Of a stretch of DNA of 64,000 bases, positions 63,495 through 64,000 are shown piece after piece. Each line of letters begins with the position of its first letter. Position 1 is the stretch's first letter. This DNA is from Bacillota bacterium (lineage in GTDB: Bacteria > Patescibacteriota > Minisyncoccia > Phycocordibacterales > Phycocordibacteraceae): contig JBLNCF010000004.1 in the NCBI GenBank assembly GCA_050260455.1, positions 15,917 through 79,916 on the forward strand, written 5' to 3'. A program made the position numbers and the translations under genes. The notes below the pieces were generated by a model, which was not told the DNA's origin, did not search any database, and worked only from the letters and a program-made list of their open reading frames with translations.

Positions 63495-64000
63495 ATGGCC
63501 GCTAAAAAAACAGTGAAAAAGAAGACCGTAAAGAAGACGGCCGCTGCGAAGCGTCCGGCTAAAAGTGCGGCAAAAAAGACCGTGAAGAAGACCGTAAAGA
63601 AAGCGGCGCCGAAAAAGGCTGCTCCTAAGAAAGCTGCGAAGAAGTCCACTCGCGCGATGGCGGTGGTGCGTGCAGCTGCTACTGGCGCGAAGGCCAAGGC
63701 GAGCGCACAGAAGCAGGATAAGGCAGAGATTCTTATTCAGAAGGGAAAGCAGCGCGGCTATATCACCTACAGTGAAATCTTGAGGGAGTTCCCGCACGTG
63801 GAGGACGACGTCGATTTCCTCGACGAACTCTACCAGCGCTTCACCACGGCCGGCATCGACATTCTCGAAGGGGGCATGCTTGAGGACAATGCCGATCAGT
63901 ACCTCGCTACCCGTAACATCAAGGGTCGTGAGTCCTCGGGCTACGATTCCATCCAGATCTATCTTCGTGAGATCGGCCAGTATCCGCTTCTTACGGCTTC
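63495..64000 (+). CDS. rpoD: Primary sigma factor, 5' part (runs off the window), with a histone-H1-like Lys/Ala N-terminal tail
   Basis: MAAKKTVKKK...KKAAPKKAAPKK; region 1.1 LIQKGKQRGYITYSEI; region 1.2 DSIQIYLREIGQYPLL; follows dnaG. Confidence 0.93.
   Translation, partial: MAAKKTVKKKTVKKTAAAKRPAKSAAKKTVKKTVKKAAPKKAAPKKAAKKSTRAMAVVRAAATGAKAKASAQKQDKAEILIQKGKQRGYITYSEILREFPHVEDDVDFLDELYQRFTTAGIDILEGGMLEDNADQYLATRNIKGRESSGYDSIQIYLREIGQYPLLTA

Overview
A 64-kb stretch of core chromosome from a Patescibacteria/CPR bacterium, most consistent with Parcubacteria. The supporting signs are a split transketolase, class I aldolase, shortened PheS/PheT/RF1, a NusB-Nudix fusion, a short SMC, no rimM between khpA and trmD, and a sortase. 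TGA is used as a stop codon, so the code is standard code 11. Gene order: glycolysis/pentose-phosphate genes, rplY, a cell-surface cluster (lytic transglycosylase, two paralogous adhesin-like proteins sharing a C-terminal PxF/YxEF end, a His-rich polytopic membrane protein coupled to an Lnt-like acyltransferase), rpmE-prfA-rpsB-tsf, tRNA-Thr, a GT2, pheST, gyrB, a sortase locus, thrS, dnaE, rnhB, rpmF, nusB, rnc, smc, gdhA, rnr, rpsP-khpA-trmD, rpoBC, dnaG and the 5' part of rpoD. About ten orphan genes are inserted singly or in pairs between core genes, including a Mu Gam-like gene and a sigma-region-4/alphaCTD-like fusion. These orphans have strong Shine-Dalgarno sites, whereas many core genes look leaderless (TAnnnT, 6-7 nt, then ATG). 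Five intergenic regions fold by eye into multi-hairpin RNAs that I cannot assign to a known family, and several expose CU-rich anti-SD tracts. I found no CRISPR array, rRNA, transposase or integrase. All calls come from motif recognition by eye; no database search or folding program was run.
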